A stretch of DNA of 64,000 bases from Actinomycetales bacterium (GCA_017308515.1 JAFKEN010000010.1:17137-81136), one strand, 5' to 3'; counted from the stretch's first letter, positions 10,215-21,760 are shown. Numbers and translations: made by a program. The notes: generated by a model not told the origin, from the letters alone.

Positions 10215-12878
10215 GTGCCGGAAGCCAAGCCGATCCTGCTGCTCGTCGACGGTCACTCGCTCGCCTTCCGCGCGTTCTACGCGCTGCCGGTCGACAGCTT
10301 CGTGACCCGCGACGGGCAGCACACCAACGCGATCCACGGCTTCATCTCGATGCTCATCAACCTGCTGAAGGATCGCGGCCCGACCCACATCGGCGTCGCC
10401 TTCGACATCAGCCGGTTCTCCTTCCGCACCCGCGAGTACCCCGACTACAAGGGCACCCGCGGCGAGACGCCGCCCGAGTTCGTCGGGCAGGTGCCGCTGC
10501 TCGAGGAGGCCCTCAAGGCGATGGGGATCGCGACCCTCAGCAAGGAGGACTACGAGGCCGACGACATCCTCGCCACCCTCGCGCGGCAGGGCGCCGAGCA
10601 GGGCTACGAGGTCTACGTGGTCTCCGGCGACCGCGACACCATCCAGCTGGTGACTGACGAGGTGACCCTGCTCTACCCGAACGTGCGGGGCGTCTCGGAG
10701 CTCAAGGTCTACGACCCCGCGGCGGTGCGCGAGCGCTACGGCATCGAGCCGGCGCAGTACCCCGAGATCGCGGCGCTCGTCGGGGAGACGAGCGACAACC
10801 TGACCGGCGTCGACAAGGTCGGCGAGAAGACCGCGGTCAAGTGGATCCAGAAGTACGGCGACGTCGCGACCCTCCTCGAGCACGCCGACGAGATCACCGG
10901 CGTCGTCGGGGAGAACCTGCGCGCCCAGCAGGACCGCGTGGTGCGCAACCGCAAGCTCAACCGTCTGCTGACCGACGTCGAGCTCCCCTTCGGGCCGGGC
11001 GACCTCGCCCGCGGGGTCTTCGACCCGGCCGCGGTGCGCGACGTGTTCGACCGCCTCCAATTCCGCACCCTGCTCGAGCGGGTCTTCAAGATCGAGGGCG
11101 TCGACCCGAGCGACGACGGCTCCGCGGGGGCCGCGGCGGAGTCGCTCGCGAAGGCGCCGGCGGTGCGCACGATGGTCGACGAGGAGCTCGCGAAGTGGAT
11201 CGAGACCCGGTCGACGGGCGGCACCGAACCGCTCGGGCTGCGGGTCGCCGCCCTCGCGGGCGGCGTCGAGGGCTTCGGGCTCTCGAGCGCGAGCGACAGC
11301 GCCTGGGTGCCGTGGGCGCCGGGCCGCCCCGACTACGCGGCGCTCGAGGCCTGGCTCTCGGGCCCCGCCCCGAAGGTCATGGCCGACGCGAAGGAGCAGT
11401 TGCGCGCGCTGCGCGGCACCGGGCTCGCCGTCGACGGCATCCGCTTCGACACGACGCTGGGCTCCTACCTGCTGCGCCCCACGACGCGACCCGAGTCGCT
11501 CGCGCAGCAGGCCTACTACCTGCTCGGCGAGACGATCGCCGAGCCCGACCCCAACCAGCTGGTGCCGGAGACCGACGCCCTGAGCCCCGCGACCGAGGCC
11601 TGGTACATCCTGCGGATCGCCGCCGCGATCGAGGAACGCCTCGACCCGGGCTCGCTCGGGGTGCTGCGCGAGATCGAGCTGCCGCTCGTGCCGGTGCTGG
11701 ACCGGATGGAGGCGCAGGGCATCACGGTCGCGACCGAGGTGCTCGCGGCCCTCAATTCGCGCCTGGGGGAGGAGGCCGCCGGGATCGCGGAGAAGGCCTT
11801 CGCCGAGATCGGGCGCGAGGTGAACCTCGGCTCCCCGAAGCAGCTGCAGGAGGTGCTCTTCGAGCAGCTCCAGATGCCCAAGACCCGGCAGACGAAGACC
11901 GGGTACTCGACCGACGCGGCCGCCCTCGCCGACCTCGAGGAGTCGCACCCGCATCCGTTCCTCGCGCTGCTGCGCCAGCACCGTGACGCGACGAAGATCC
12001 GCCAGATCGTCGAGTCGCTCGAGAAGGCCGTCGGCCTCGACGGGCGCGTGCACACCACCTACTCGCAGACCGGCTCCGCGACCGGGCGCCTGAGCTCGAA
12101 CGACCCCAACCTGCAGAACATCCCCATCAAGACCGAGGTGGGGCGCGAGGTGCGCGCCGCCTTCGTCGCGGGCGAGGGCTTCGAGACGCTGCTGACCGCC
12201 GACTACTCGCAGATCGAGATGCGGATCATGGCCCACCTCTCCGAGGACGCGGGGCTGATCGAGGCCTTCCACTCGGGAGAGGACCTGCACCGCTTCGTCG
12301 GCAGCCGGGTCTTCGGGGTCGAGCCGGCCGACGTGACGCCGCAGATGCGCGTGAAGGTGAAGGCCATGTCGTACGGCCTCGCCTACGGCCTGTCCGCCTT
12401 CGGTCTCAGCAAGCAGCTGCGCATCGAGCAGTCCGAGGCGCGCGCGCTCATGGCGGACTACTTCGCCCGCTTCGGCGGCGTGCGCGACTACCTGCGTGGC
12501 GTCGTCGAGCAGGCCCGCGTGGACGGCTACACCACCACGATCTTCGGTCGTCGCCGGCCCTTCCCCGACCTGCACTCGCCCAACCGGGTGCTGCGCGAGA
12601 ACGCCGAGCGGCAGGCGCTCAACTCGCCGATCCAGGGATCCGCCGCCGACATCATCAAGCGCGCGATGCTCACCATCGACGCCGAGATCCGCGCCCGCGG
12701 TCTCGCCTCGCGCATGCTGCTCCAGGTGCACGACGAACTCGTCTTCGAGGTCGCGCCGGGGGAGACCGCCGCGATGACCGAGATCGTGACCGCCGGCATG
12801 ATGGGCGCCGCCGACCTGAGCGTGCCGCTCGACGTGCAGCTCGGCCTCGGCCCGAACTGGGACGCGGCCGCGCACTGA
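10215..12878 (+). CDS. polA: DNA polymerase I
   Basis: 887 aa. 5'-nuclease N-terminus (LLLVDGHSLAFRAFYAL) and polymerase motifs (DYSQIEMRIMAH, QVHDELVFE). Confidence 0.97.
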   Translation: MPEAKPILLLVDGHSLAFRAFYALPVDSFVTRDGQHTNAIHGFISMLINLLKDRGPTHIGVAFDISRFSFRTREYPDYKGTRGETPPEFVGQVPLLEEALKAMGIATLSKEDYEADDILATLARQGAEQGYEVYVVSGDRDTIQLVTDEVTLLYPNVRGVSELKVYDPAAVRERYGIEPAQYPEIAALVGETSDNLTGVDKVGEKTAVKWIQKYGDVATLLEHADEITGVVGENLRAQQDRVVRNRKLNRLLTDVELPFGPGDLARGVFDPAAVRDVFDRLQFRTLLERVFKIEGVDPSDDGSAGAAAESLAKAPAVRTMVDEELAKWIETRSTGGTEPLGLRVAALAGGVEGFGLSSASDSAWVPWAPGRPDYAALEAWLSGPAPKVMADAKEQLRALRGTGLAVDGIRFDTTLGSYLLRPTTRPESLAQQAYYLLGETIAEPDPNQLVPETDALSPATEAWYILRIAAAIEERLDPGSLGVLREIELPLVPVLDRMEAQGITVATEVLAALNSRLGEEAAGIAEKAFAEIGREVNLGSPKQLQEVLFEQLQMPKTRQTKTGYSTDAAALADLEESHPHPFLALLRQHRDATKIRQIVESLEKAVGLDGRVHTTYSQTGSATGRLSSNDPNLQNIPIKTEVGREVRAAFVAGEGFETLLTADYSQIEMRIMAHLSEDAGLIEAFHSGEDLHRFVGSRVFGVEPADVTPQMRVKVKAMSYGLAYGLSAFGLSKQLRIEQSEARALMADYFARFGGVRDYLRGVVEQARVDGYTTTIFGRRRPFPDLHSPNRVLRENAERQALNSPIQGSAADIIKRAMLTIDAEIRARGLASRMLLQVHDELVFEVAPGETAAMTEIVTAGMMGAADLSVPLDVQLGLGPNWDAAAH

Positions 12879-12885
12879 GCGGGAT

Positions 12886-12891
12886 TAGCCT
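12886..12891 (+). promoter_or_regulatory. -10 hexamer TAGCCT, predicted leaderless promoter of the DUF885 operon
   Basis: TAGCCT-ggccgg-GTG(12898). Confidence 0.45.
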
Positions 12892-12897
12892 GGCCGG

Positions 12898-14583
12898 GTG
12901 ACCGACGCTCAGGACGCCGCCGCCCGGACCCCGACCGAGATCGACGCGATCGCGGAGCGCTGGGTCGACACCCTCGTCGAACTCGACCCGGCGTACGCGA
13001 TCTGGATCGGGCGACCGGGACGGCTGGGGGAGTTCGGCGACTACTCGCCGGCGGGGCACGAGGCGCGGCTGGGCGCGGTGCGCGCGGTGATCCGCGAGCT
13101 CGAGGCCGCCGCGCCGCGTGACGACGTCGATCGGGTCACCCGCACCGACCTGCTGGCCGAACTCCGCCTCGAGGTCGAGTCCTCCGAGGCGCGGCTCGAG
13201 CTGCGCGATCTCAACGTCATCGCCTCGCCCGCGCAGGACATCCGCGAGTCCTTCGACCTGCTGCCGCACGCCACCGAGGAGGACTGGGCGACGATCGCCG
13301 CGCGCCTCGGCCAGGTACGCGAGGCGATCGACGGCTACGTGACGACTCTCCGGGCGGGGATCGCCGCCGGCGTCGTGCCGGCCCGTCGGCAGGTCGCCGA
13401 GGTCGCCGTCCAGGCGCGTCGGCACGGCGACCCGCTCGGATTCTTCGGCGACCTGGCCGGCTCGGCGGCGCTCGAGGGCGGGGGCGCGCTGCCCGAGGGA
13501 CTCCGCGCCGACCTCGCGCGCGGCGCCGAGGCGGCGGGCGACGCGTACCAGGAGCTCGCGCGGTTCCTCGAGACCGAGCTCGCCCCGGTCGCCGGGGAGG
13601 CCGACGGGGTGGGGCGCGAGCACTACGCCCTCGCCTCTCGCCACTTCCTCGGCGCCGTCATCGACCTCGACGAGACCTACGCGTGGGGGCGCGCGGAGCT
13701 CGCCCGCATGGTCGAGGAGCAGACCCGCATCGCCGGCGAGATCGTGCCCGGCGGCTCGGTGCGCGACGCGGTCGCCGCCCTCGACGCCGACCCCGCACGA
13801 AAGCTCCACGGCACGGCCGAACTGCGGGCGTGGATGCAGCAGCTGAGCGACCGCGCGGTCGAGGAGCTCTCGCGCACGCACTTCGCGATCCCCGAGCCGG
13901 TGAAGGCGCTGGAGTGCATGATCGCGCCGACCCAGGAGGGCGGCATCTACTACACCGGCCCGAGCGACGACTTCAGCCGCCCCGGTCGGATGTGGTGGAG
14001 CGTGCCCGAGGGCGTCACCGAGTTCGCGACCTGGCGCGAGACGACGACGGTGTACCACGAGGGCGTGCCCGGTCATCACCTACAGATCGGGCAGGCCGTC
14101 GCCAACGCGGCGCACCTCAACACCTGGCGTCGCCAGCTCGCCGGCACGAGCGGTCACGCCGAGGGCTGGGCGCTCTACGCCGAGCGGCTCATGGAGGAGC
14201 TCGGCTACCTCGACGACCCCGCCGACCGGCTCGGCATGCTCGACGGGCAGCGGATGCGCGCCGCGCGCGTCGTGCTCGACCTCGGCGTCCACCTCGGCAA
14301 GCCGCGGCTCGAGGGCGACGGCGTCTGGGACGCGGACTACGCCCTCGCCTTCATGCGCGACAACGTCAACATGGACGACGCCTTCATCCGCTTCGAGGTC
14401 AACCGCTACCTCGGCTGGCCCGGTCAGGCGCCCTCGTACAAGGTCGGGCAGCGCATCTGGGAGAGGGTGCGCGCCGAGGCGCAGCGCCGCGAGGGCTCGG
14501 CGTTCTCGTTCAAGGACTTCCACAAGAGGGCCCTCGACCTCGGCGGCGTCGGCCTCGACACCCTGCGCGCCGAGCTCGGCTGA
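12898..14583 (+). CDS. DUF885-family protein (putative metallopeptidase-like)
   Basis: 561 aa. Contains the characteristic YHEGVPGHHLQ motif of DUF885 proteins. Confidence 0.75.
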   Translation: MTDAQDAAARTPTEIDAIAERWVDTLVELDPAYAIWIGRPGRLGEFGDYSPAGHEARLGAVRAVIRELEAAAPRDDVDRVTRTDLLAELRLEVESSEARLELRDLNVIASPAQDIRESFDLLPHATEEDWATIAARLGQVREAIDGYVTTLRAGIAAGVVPARRQVAEVAVQARRHGDPLGFFGDLAGSAALEGGGALPEGLRADLARGAEAAGDAYQELARFLETELAPVAGEADGVGREHYALASRHFLGAVIDLDETYAWGRAELARMVEEQTRIAGEIVPGGSVRDAVAALDADPARKLHGTAELRAWMQQLSDRAVEELSRTHFAIPEPVKALECMIAPTQEGGIYYTGPSDDFSRPGRMWWSVPEGVTEFATWRETTTVYHEGVPGHHLQIGQAVANAAHLNTWRRQLAGTSGHAEGWALYAERLMEELGYLDDPADRLGMLDGQRMRAARVVLDLGVHLGKPRLEGDGVWDADYALAFMRDNVNMDDAFIRFEVNRYLGWPGQAPSYKVGQRIWERVRAEAQRREGSAFSFKDFHKRALDLGGVGLDTLRAELG

Positions 14584-15203
14584 TGGCGGGCGACGCCCTG
14601 TCGCCGTGGGAGGCGGCGCTCGGCGACGGGGTCGACCGGCTCAGTCCCGCCCTGCGCCGCTACGTGCGGCCGCTGCCGTCCGGGGCGACCGGCCTCGGCG
14701 AGGGCGTGTTCGACGTGGTCGGGTCGCCCCGGATGGTCGTGCGTCCCCTGCTCGTCGTGCTCGGCGCACTCGGGATCGCCTTCCCGGTCTGGGCGCACGA
14801 CGTCCCGTTCACGGTGCGCAACCGGCGGATCGGCTCCGAGCTCGCGGCGGAGCGGGTCTTCCGTCTCGCCGGCGGGGACCGCGTCATGCGCGACCGCGTG
14901 CGGGCCGTGCGCAGCGACCGGGGCCGCGTCGTCGCGGTCGACCGGCTCGGGCCGGACGGGCTGATCGAGTTCGGGTTCGCCGCCTCGGAGCACGACGGCG
15001 AGCTGCGGTTGAGGTCGGTCGGCGCGGCCGTGCGCGTCGGCGGTCGGCGGGTGCGCATCCCTCGGGCCCTCGCGCCGCGGGCGCGACTGCGGGAACGCAC
15101 GGTCGGCGAGCGGCAGCGCGTCGAGTTCGAGGTCGACCTGCCGGTGCTCGGGCGGATCTACGAATACGCCGGCGACTTCGACTACCGGATCGAGCAGTCG
15201 TGA
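14583..15203 (+). CDS. DUF4166-domain protein
   Basis: Trimmed from ORF 13683..15203 to ATG 14583, which overlaps the DUF885 stop (TGATG). The N-terminal pattern ALG..VDRLSPALRRY...G.GEG and DVPFTVRN matches my recollection of DUF4166. Confidence 0.65.
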   Translation: MAGDALSPWEAALGDGVDRLSPALRRYVRPLPSGATGLGEGVFDVVGSPRMVVRPLLVVLGALGIAFPVWAHDVPFTVRNRRIGSELAAERVFRLAGGDRVMRDRVRAVRSDRGRVVAVDRLGPDGLIEFGFAASEHDGELRLRSVGAAVRVGGRRVRIPRALAPRARLRERTVGERQRVEFEVDLPVLGRIYEYAGDFDYRIEQS

Positions 15204-16150
15204 CCCGGGTCGTCGTCGCGGGAGCCTCCGGGTTCATGGGGCGGGCTCTCGTCGACGCGCGGGCGGCCCGCGGCGACGACGTCCGCACGATCGGGCGCGG
15301 TGCCGACTCCGACGCGGTCTGGGGCGACGAGGATGCGATCGCGCGGCTCGTCGACGGCGCCGACCTACTCGTGAACCTCGCGGGACGCAGCGTCGACTGC
15401 CGCTACGGTCCGCGCAATCGCGAGGTCATCCTGCGCTCGCGCGTCGACACGACCGAGGCGCTGCATCGCGCGGTGGCGCGCGCCGCCGCGCCGCCCCCGG
15501 TCTGGATGAACGCGTCGACCGCCACGATCTACCGGCACGCGGAGGATCGCCCGCAGACCGAGTCGACCGGCGAGCTCGGAACCGGGTTCTCGGTGTCGGT
15601 CGCGCGGGCCTGGGAGGACGCGTTCTTCGCCGGCGACCTCCCGTGGACGCGGCGGGTCGCGCTGCGCACCGCGATCGTGCTGGGCGACGGGAGCGTCCTC
15701 GGGCCGCTGCGGCTCCTCACACGGCTCGGGCTCGGCGGCGCCCACCTCGACGGCGCCTGGTTCCGGACTCCGGCGCGGGTCGCGGCGGGCACCTTCCACG
15801 AGCGCGGCGCGCGCGGCGGCCGCCAGCGGTTCTCGTGGATCCATCTCGACGACGTCGTCGGGGCGATCGACTTCCTGGAGGCGCACGAGGAGCTCGACGG
15901 GGTCGTCAACCTGAGCGCGCCGAATCCCACCGACGACCGTGGCTTCATGGCCGCGCTGCGACGCGCGCTGGGCGTGCCGGTGGGCCTGCCGCAGCCGAGG
16001 TGGATGCTCGAGATCGGCGCTGCGGTCATCCGCACCGAGACGGAGCTCGTGCTCAAGAGCCGGTGGGTGCTGCCCGAGCGGCTGCTCGCCGCGGGCTACC
16101 GGTTCCGCCATCCGGATCTCGACGAGGCGCTCGAGGAGATCCTGCGCTAG
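15200..16150 (+). CDS. TIGR01777/YfcH-like NAD-dependent epimerase-family protein (SDR with DUF1731 C-terminus)
   Basis: GTG 15200 overlaps the upstream stop (GTGA). Rossmann motif VVVAGASGFMG. C-terminus LPERLLAAGYRFRHPDLDEALEEIL is typical of the family. Confidence 0.8.
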   Translation: MTRVVVAGASGFMGRALVDARAARGDDVRTIGRGADSDAVWGDEDAIARLVDGADLLVNLAGRSVDCRYGPRNREVILRSRVDTTEALHRAVARAAAPPPVWMNASTATIYRHAEDRPQTESTGELGTGFSVSVARAWEDAFFAGDLPWTRRVALRTAIVLGDGSVLGPLRLLTRLGLGGAHLDGAWFRTPARVAAGTFHERGARGGRQRFSWIHLDDVVGAIDFLEAHEELDGVVNLSAPNPTDDRGFMAALRRALGVPVGLPQPRWMLEIGAAVIRTETELVLKSRWVLPERLLAAGYRFRHPDLDEALEEILR

Positions 16151-16153
16151 AGT
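16148..16153 (+). promoter_or_regulatory. candidate -10 hexamer TAGAGT for rpsA (long leader)
   Basis: TAnnnT overlapping the upstream stop codon. It would give a leader of about 165 nt to ATG 16326. Confidence 0.25.
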
Positions 16154-16325
16154 GGTGCCTTGCGCTTGCGCACCAACCGTTTCCGCCTGCCCGCGGCGCG
16201 GCGGCTCCCGGCCTTCCGGGGGTCGAGAACTCGACGAGTTCGGCGATCACCTCGCTCTGCATCGCGGGCCCGATCATGCCGTCCGCGACCCGCGGCCGGC
16301 GAAACCCCTCCGGAGCACCTACTAC

Positions 16326-17801
16326 ATGACCCCCACCACGACCGCCTCGGCCGCCAAGCAGATCGCGATCAACGACATCGGATCCGCTGAGGACTTCCTG
16401 GCCGCGGTCGAGAAGACTCTCAAGTTCTTCAACGACGGAGACCTGATCTCCGGCACCGTCGTGAAGATCGACCGCGACGAGGTCCTCCTCGACGTCGGCT
16501 ACAAGACCGAGGGTGTGATCCCCTCCCGCGAGCTCTCCATCAAGCACGACGTCGACCCCAACGAGGTCGTCGAGGTCGGCGACAGCGTCGAGGCCCTGGT
16601 TCTCCAGAAGGAGGACAAGGAAGGCCGGCTGATCCTCTCCAAGAAGCGCGCGCAGTACGAGCGCGCCTGGGGTGACGTCGAGAAGATCAAGGAGAACGAC
16701 GGCGTCGTCACCGGCACCGTCATCGAGGTCGTCAAGGGCGGCCTGATCGTCGACATCGGCCTGCGCGGCTTCCTCCCCGCCTCGCTCATCGAGCTGCGCC
16801 GCGTGCGCGACCTGACCCCGTACCTCGGGCAGGAGCTCGAGGCGAAGATCCTCGAGCTCGACAAGAACCGCAACAACGTCGTGCTGAGCCGCCGCGCGCT
16901 GCTCGAGCAGACCCAGTCGGAGTCGCGCTCGACCTTCCTCAACGCCCTGCAGAAGGGCCAGGTCCGCAAGGGCGTCGTCTCCTCGATCGTCAACTTCGGC
17001 GCGTTCGTCGACCTCGGCGGCGTGGACGGGCTCGTGCACGTCTCCGAGCTGTCGTGGAAGCACATCGAGCACGCGAGCGAGGTCGTCGAGGTCGGCCAGG
17101 AGGTCACCGTCGAGATCCTCGAGGTCGACATGGAGCGCGAGCGCGTGTCGCTCTCGCTCAAGGCGACCCAGGAGGACCCGTGGCAGGTCTTCGCCCGCAC
17201 CCACGCGATCGGTCAGATCACGCCGGGCAAGGTCACCAAGCTCGTGCCGTTCGGCGCCTTCGTCCGCGTCGCGGACGGCATCGAGGGCCTCGTGCACATC
17301 TCCGAGCTGTCGGGCCGTCACGTCGAGCTGGCCGAGCAGGTCGTCTCGGTGGGCCAGGAGGTCTTCGTCAAGGTCATCGACATCGACCTCGAGCGTCGCC
17401 GCATCTCGCTGAGCCTCAAGCAGGCCGCCGAGGGCATCGACCCGCACTCGAGCGAGTTCGACTCGGGCCTGGCCGCGCTCTACGGCATGGTCACCGAGTA
17501 CGACGAGCAGGGCAACTACAAGTTCCCCGAGGGCTTCGACCCGGAGTCGGGCGAGTGGCTCGAGGGCTTCGACGCTCAGCGCGAGGCCTGGGAGGCCGAG
17601 TACGCGGCGGCCCAGACCCGCTGGGAGGCGCACAAGGCGCAGATCCTCGCCGCGCAGGAGGCGGAGGCCGCCGGAGGCGACGACTTCGGTGCCGCCGCCG
17701 CCGGCGCGGGCTCGTTCTCGAGCGACTCCGCCTCGCGCGGCTCGCTCGCCGACGACGAGTCGCTCGCGGCGCTGCGCGAGAAGCTCAGCGCGGGCAACTG
17801 A
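16326..17801 (+). CDS. rpsA: 30S ribosomal protein S1
   Basis: Trimmed from ORF 15939..17801 to ATG 16326. Contains repeated S1 domains (GTVVKIDRDEVLLDVGYKTEGVIP, GTVIEVVKGGLIVDIGLRGFLP and others). Confidence 0.95.
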   Translation: MTPTTTASAAKQIAINDIGSAEDFLAAVEKTLKFFNDGDLISGTVVKIDRDEVLLDVGYKTEGVIPSRELSIKHDVDPNEVVEVGDSVEALVLQKEDKEGRLILSKKRAQYERAWGDVEKIKENDGVVTGTVIEVVKGGLIVDIGLRGFLPASLIELRRVRDLTPYLGQELEAKILELDKNRNNVVLSRRALLEQTQSESRSTFLNALQKGQVRKGVVSSIVNFGAFVDLGGVDGLVHVSELSWKHIEHASEVVEVGQEVTVEILEVDMERERVSLSLKATQEDPWQVFARTHAIGQITPGKVTKLVPFGAFVRVADGIEGLVHISELSGRHVELAEQVVSVGQEVFVKVIDIDLERRRISLSLKQAAEGIDPHSSEFDSGLAALYGMVTEYDEQGNYKFPEGFDPESGEWLEGFDAQREAWEAEYAAAQTRWEAHKAQILAAQEAEAAGGDDFGAAAAGAGSFSSDSASRGSLADDESLAALREKLSAGN

Positions 17802-17826
17802 ACCCTCGCGTCCTCGGACGCGGAAC

Positions 17827-17858
17827 GAAGGGGTCGGACCGTCGGGTCCGGCCCCTTC
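17827..17858. terminator. strong bidirectional hairpin terminator between convergent rpsA and the DUF4126 gene
   Basis: GAAGGGGTCGGACC-gtcg-GGTCCGGCCCCTTC. 14-bp stem with one G-U pair. Confidence 0.6.
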
Positions 17859-17877
17859 GGCGTTCCCGGCCCCGACC

Positions 17878-18495
17878 TCAGGAGGGGGTCGAGGCGAGCG
17901 TCGGCGCGTCGCGCTCGCGCCGCCGGCGACGGCGTCGCCGCAGAAGCAGCACGAAGCCGACGATGAGCGCGGCGATCGCGAGGATCACCAGGATTGGAAT
18001 GAGGATCGCGAGCACCGAGAGCACGACGCTCGACAGGTCCTCCGCGGTGCTCAGCACGGGCGCCGCCGCGCCGGCCGTGACCATGTTCGCGGCGGGGCGC
18101 GCGAGCATCTTCCCGCCGTGCACGACGAGGGCGAGCACGACCCCGATCACCACCGGGACCCAGGCGTCGCTCGTGAAGAACGAGGCCGGGTCGGTGACGA
18201 GCGCGGTCTGTGCCGAGGAGCCGGAACCGAAGACGATGCCGCCCGCCGTGGGGCGGACGATGGTCTGGATCCAGTCGTTGACGGTGTCGACGGCGGGGAT
18301 CTTGTCCGCGACGATCTCGAGCACCAGCAGGGCGGCGATGATGCCGAGCACCCACTCGTTCTCGAGCCAGGCCCAGGCCGGCGGCAGGTTGACGAAGTCG
18401 AAGAACCGGCTGGAGAGCCCGAGGATCAGCAGCGGGATGTACGCGTTGAGCCCCGCGGCCGTCGCCAGTCCCGCTCCCGTCAGGAACTCGAGCAT
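17878..18495 (-). CDS. DUF4126-family integral membrane protein
   Basis: 205 aa, multi-pass hydrophobic. N-terminus GLATAAGLNAYIPLL and the motif EIVADKIP fit DUF4126. The C-terminal tail has a run of eight Arg. Confidence 0.7.
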   Translation of the reverse strand: MLEFLTGAGLATAAGLNAYIPLLILGLSSRFFDFVNLPPAWAWLENEWVLGIIAALLVLEIVADKIPAVDTVNDWIQTIVRPTAGGIVFGSGSSAQTALVTDPASFFTSDAWVPVVIGVVLALVVHGGKMLARPAANMVTAGAAAPVLSTAEDLSSVVLSVLAILIPILVILAIAALIVGFVLLLRRRRRRRRERDAPTLASTPS

Positions 18496-18501
18496 GCCGG
18501 G

Positions 18502-18507
18502 AGGCTA
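18502..18507 (-). promoter_or_regulatory. -10 hexamer TAGCCT, predicted leaderless promoter of the DUF4126 gene
   Basis: Minus strand: TAGCCT-cccggc-ATG(18495). Confidence 0.45.
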
Positions 18508-18518
18508 GCACCGGCCCG

Positions 18519-18524
18519 TAGGCT
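18519..18524 (+). promoter_or_regulatory. -10 hexamer TAGGCT, predicted leaderless promoter of coaE
   Basis: TAGGCT-cggggg-ATG(18531). Confidence 0.45.
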
Positions 18525-18530
18525 CGGGGG

Positions 18531-19148
18531 ATGCTGCTCGTGGCCCTCACCGGCGGGATCGCCTCCGGCAAGTCGACGATCGCCCGCCGTCTCGCCGAGC
18601 ACGGCGCCGTCGTCGTCGACGCCGACCAGGTCGCTCGCGACGTCGTCGCTCCGGGGGAGCCCGCCCTCGCCGAGATCGCCGAGGCCTTCGGGCCGGGCGT
18701 GATCGCGGCCGACGGCTCGCTCGACCGTGCCGCGCTCGGGGCGATCGTCTTCTCCGATCCGGAGGGGCGTGCGCGGCTCAACGCGATCACCCACCCGGCG
18801 GTGCTCGAGCGGTCGACGCGCCTGTTCGCCGAGGCGGGCCGGGCCGACCCCGAGGCTGTCGTGGTCTACGACATCCCGCTGCTCGTCGAGGCCGGCCGTG
18901 CGGACGAGTTCGACCTCGTGGTGCTCGCCCACGCGCCGGCCGAGGTGCGGCGGGAGCGGCTCGTCGACCTGCGCGGCATGAGCCCGGAGGAGGCGGATCG
19001 CCGCATCGCGGCGCAGGCCTCCGACGCCGAGCGCTTCGCGATCACCGACCTCGTGATCGACACGAGCGGCGAGGAGCGGATGACCCTCCAACAGGCGGAC
19101 GCCCTCTGGGCCGACCTCCACCGGCGCGCTGTCGGGAGCGCCACGTAG
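18531..19148 (+). CDS. coaE: dephospho-CoA kinase
   Basis: 205 aa. N-terminal P-loop LTGGIASGKST, with the usual CoaE length and layout. Confidence 0.9.
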   Translation: MLLVALTGGIASGKSTIARRLAEHGAVVVDADQVARDVVAPGEPALAEIAEAFGPGVIAADGSLDRAALGAIVFSDPEGRARLNAITHPAVLERSTRLFAEAGRADPEAVVVYDIPLLVEAGRADEFDLVVLAHAPAEVRRERLVDLRGMSPEEADRRIAAQASDAERFAITDLVIDTSGEERMTLQQADALWADLHRRAVGSAT

Positions 19149-19151
19149 CCT
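19146..19151 (+). promoter_or_regulatory. -10 hexamer TAGCCT, predicted leaderless promoter of uvrB
   Basis: TAGCCT-gacggt-ATG(19158). The hexamer overlaps the coaE stop codon. Confidence 0.45.
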
Positions 19152-19157
19152 GACGGT

Positions 19158-21236
<2,079 letters not shown>

Positions 21237-21250
21237 GGCGCGCGCCGGGT

Positions 21251-21266
21251 GGCGGTCGCGACCGCC
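21251..21266 (+). terminator. hairpin downstream of uvrB
   Basis: GGCGGT-cgcg-ACCGCC, 15 nt after the uvrB stop and directly upstream of the next -10 box. Confidence 0.35.
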
Positions 21267-21280
21267 CGGAGCCGGGCCGC

Positions 21281-21286
21281 TAGCGT
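21281..21286 (+). promoter_or_regulatory. -10 hexamer TAGCGT, predicted leaderless promoter of the DUF385 gene
   Basis: TAGCGT-ggggtc-ATG(21293). Confidence 0.45.
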
Positions 21287-21292
21287 GGGGTC

Positions 21293-21760
21293 ATGGCCGG
21301 GCCGACGAATCCGATCGCGCGCGCGTTCCTCGCCGCGCCGGTGCTGCTGTTCCGCCTCCGCCTCGGCGCGGTCTTCGGCGGCCGGATGCTGCTTCTCGAG
21401 ACCGTCGGCCGCAAGACCGGACGGGTACGGCGCGTCGTCATCGAGGTCGTCAAGGCCGACCGCGCGCATGACCGCTTCTGGGTCGTCGCAGGCTGGGGGC
21501 GCTCCACCGGGTGGTATCGCAATGCGCTCGCGAACCCGCCGCGCCTCGTCGACACCGGGCGCCGCCGGTTCCCGGCGACCGCGACCGAGCTCGACCTCGC
21601 CGCCCGCCGCGACCTCCTCACGGAGTACCAGCGCGAGCATCCCACCGCCGCGCGCGCGATCGGCGCGCGCCTGCTGGGCGAGGAGTTCACGGGCGACCCC
21701 GAGGCGCTCGACCGTCTCGCGGAGCGGCTCGGCGCGCTCCTGCTCGAGCCGCGCGCATGA
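21293..21760 (+). CDS. DUF385 / deazaflavin-dependent nitroreductase-family protein
   Basis: 155 aa. LLLETVGRKTGRVRRVVIE and WYRNALANP are characteristic of the family. Confidence 0.7.
   Translation: MAGPTNPIARAFLAAPVLLFRLRLGAVFGGRMLLLETVGRKTGRVRRVVIEVVKADRAHDRFWVVAGWGRSTGWYRNALANPPRLVDTGRRRFPATATELDLAARRDLLTEYQREHPTAARAIGARLLGEEFTGDPEALDRLAERLGALLLEPRA

Noticed and set aside
9438-12875. 1145-aa ORF antisense to polA.
   Set aside because: It lies entirely opposite a certain gene. The product is a low-complexity Arg/Ala/Gly/Leu/Asp-rich sequence typical of stop-free shadow frames in high-GC DNA. No recognisable domain.
17905-17945. Run of Arg codons (eight consecutive R) at the C-terminus of the DUF4126 protein, as a possible repeat element.
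   Set aside because: It is a short basic cytoplasmic tail within a coding frame, not a DNA repeat of independent significance.
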